Source: a virus (Duplodnaviria > Caudoviricetes). From it: 25,178 bases of DNA. Made by a program: the position numbers and the translations under genes. A model generated the notes under the pieces. The model was given only the letters and a program-made list of their open reading frames with translations, did not search any database and was not told where the DNA came from. The stretch spans positions 1 to 25,178 of the IMG/VR virus record IMGVR_UViG_3300005764_000080; one strand, written 5' to 3'. Below are positions 24,996 to 25,178 of this stretch, piece after piece; the first letter of the stretch is position 1, and the number at the start of each line of letters is the position of its first letter.

Positions 24996-25178
24996 GCACC
25001 GACAACCTCGCACTCTCGCCACCGAGCACGCCCGACTACGGCGTCAACCTCGTTCCTGACATCGACTTCGCGGTCAAAGACCCGGCAGTCATCGAGGCCG
25101 AGGTGATCGCCGACTACGAGAGCGCGTTCCTCACGCTCACGGGCATCGCGAAAACTCTCGCGCCCGGCGACCCCGTTC
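24992..25178 (+). CDS. Baseplate J/gp47-like protein, 5' fragment running off the window
   Basis: Hand translation MSTDNLALSPPSTPDYGVNLVPDIDFAVKDPAVIEAEVIADYESAFLTLTGIAKTLAPGDPV...; ATGA overlap with the lysozyme stop. Confidence 0.75.
   Translation, partial: MSTDNLALSPPSTPDYGVNLVPDIDFAVKDPAVIEAEVIADYESAFLTLTGIAKTLAPGDPV

Noticed and set aside
1-25178. Stop-codon recoding, tRNAs, introns/inteins, DGR or invertase cassettes, and other minus-strand ORFs
   Set aside because: Genes tile cleanly in the standard code, with TAG used as a stop at 8106 and 20210. I saw no cloverleaf, RT, recombinase or intein motifs. The remaining minus-strand ORFs are shadows of + genes.

Overview
The window is the virion morphogenesis and lysis region of a GC-rich tailed phage or prophage, almost all on the + strand. 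The head module is lambda-like: TerS, TerL/GpA, gpW-like, portal, ClpP protease with a likely nested scaffold, decoration protein and major capsid E. The tail module is P2/Mu-like and contractile: Z, sheath, tube, chaperone with a -1 frameshift, tape measure, X, D, V, U, W/gp25 and the start of J. About 5.3 kb of fibre-like, exported and lysis genes lie between W and J. Non-genic structure is the most notable part. (1) Seven exact copies of an AT-rich 25-26 bp near-palindrome sit at gene junctions every 2.6-5.2 kb, in two variants and both orientations, and a lone antisense AT-hook/ribbon-helix-helix-like gene is a candidate binder. (2) A separate ~110-125 bp inverted-repeat element occurs three times, twice translated inside proteins. 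(3) CCWGG is strongly depleted while CCTAG/CTAGG is common. All product calls come from recognised motifs and gene order; no database search was run and the host cannot be determined.
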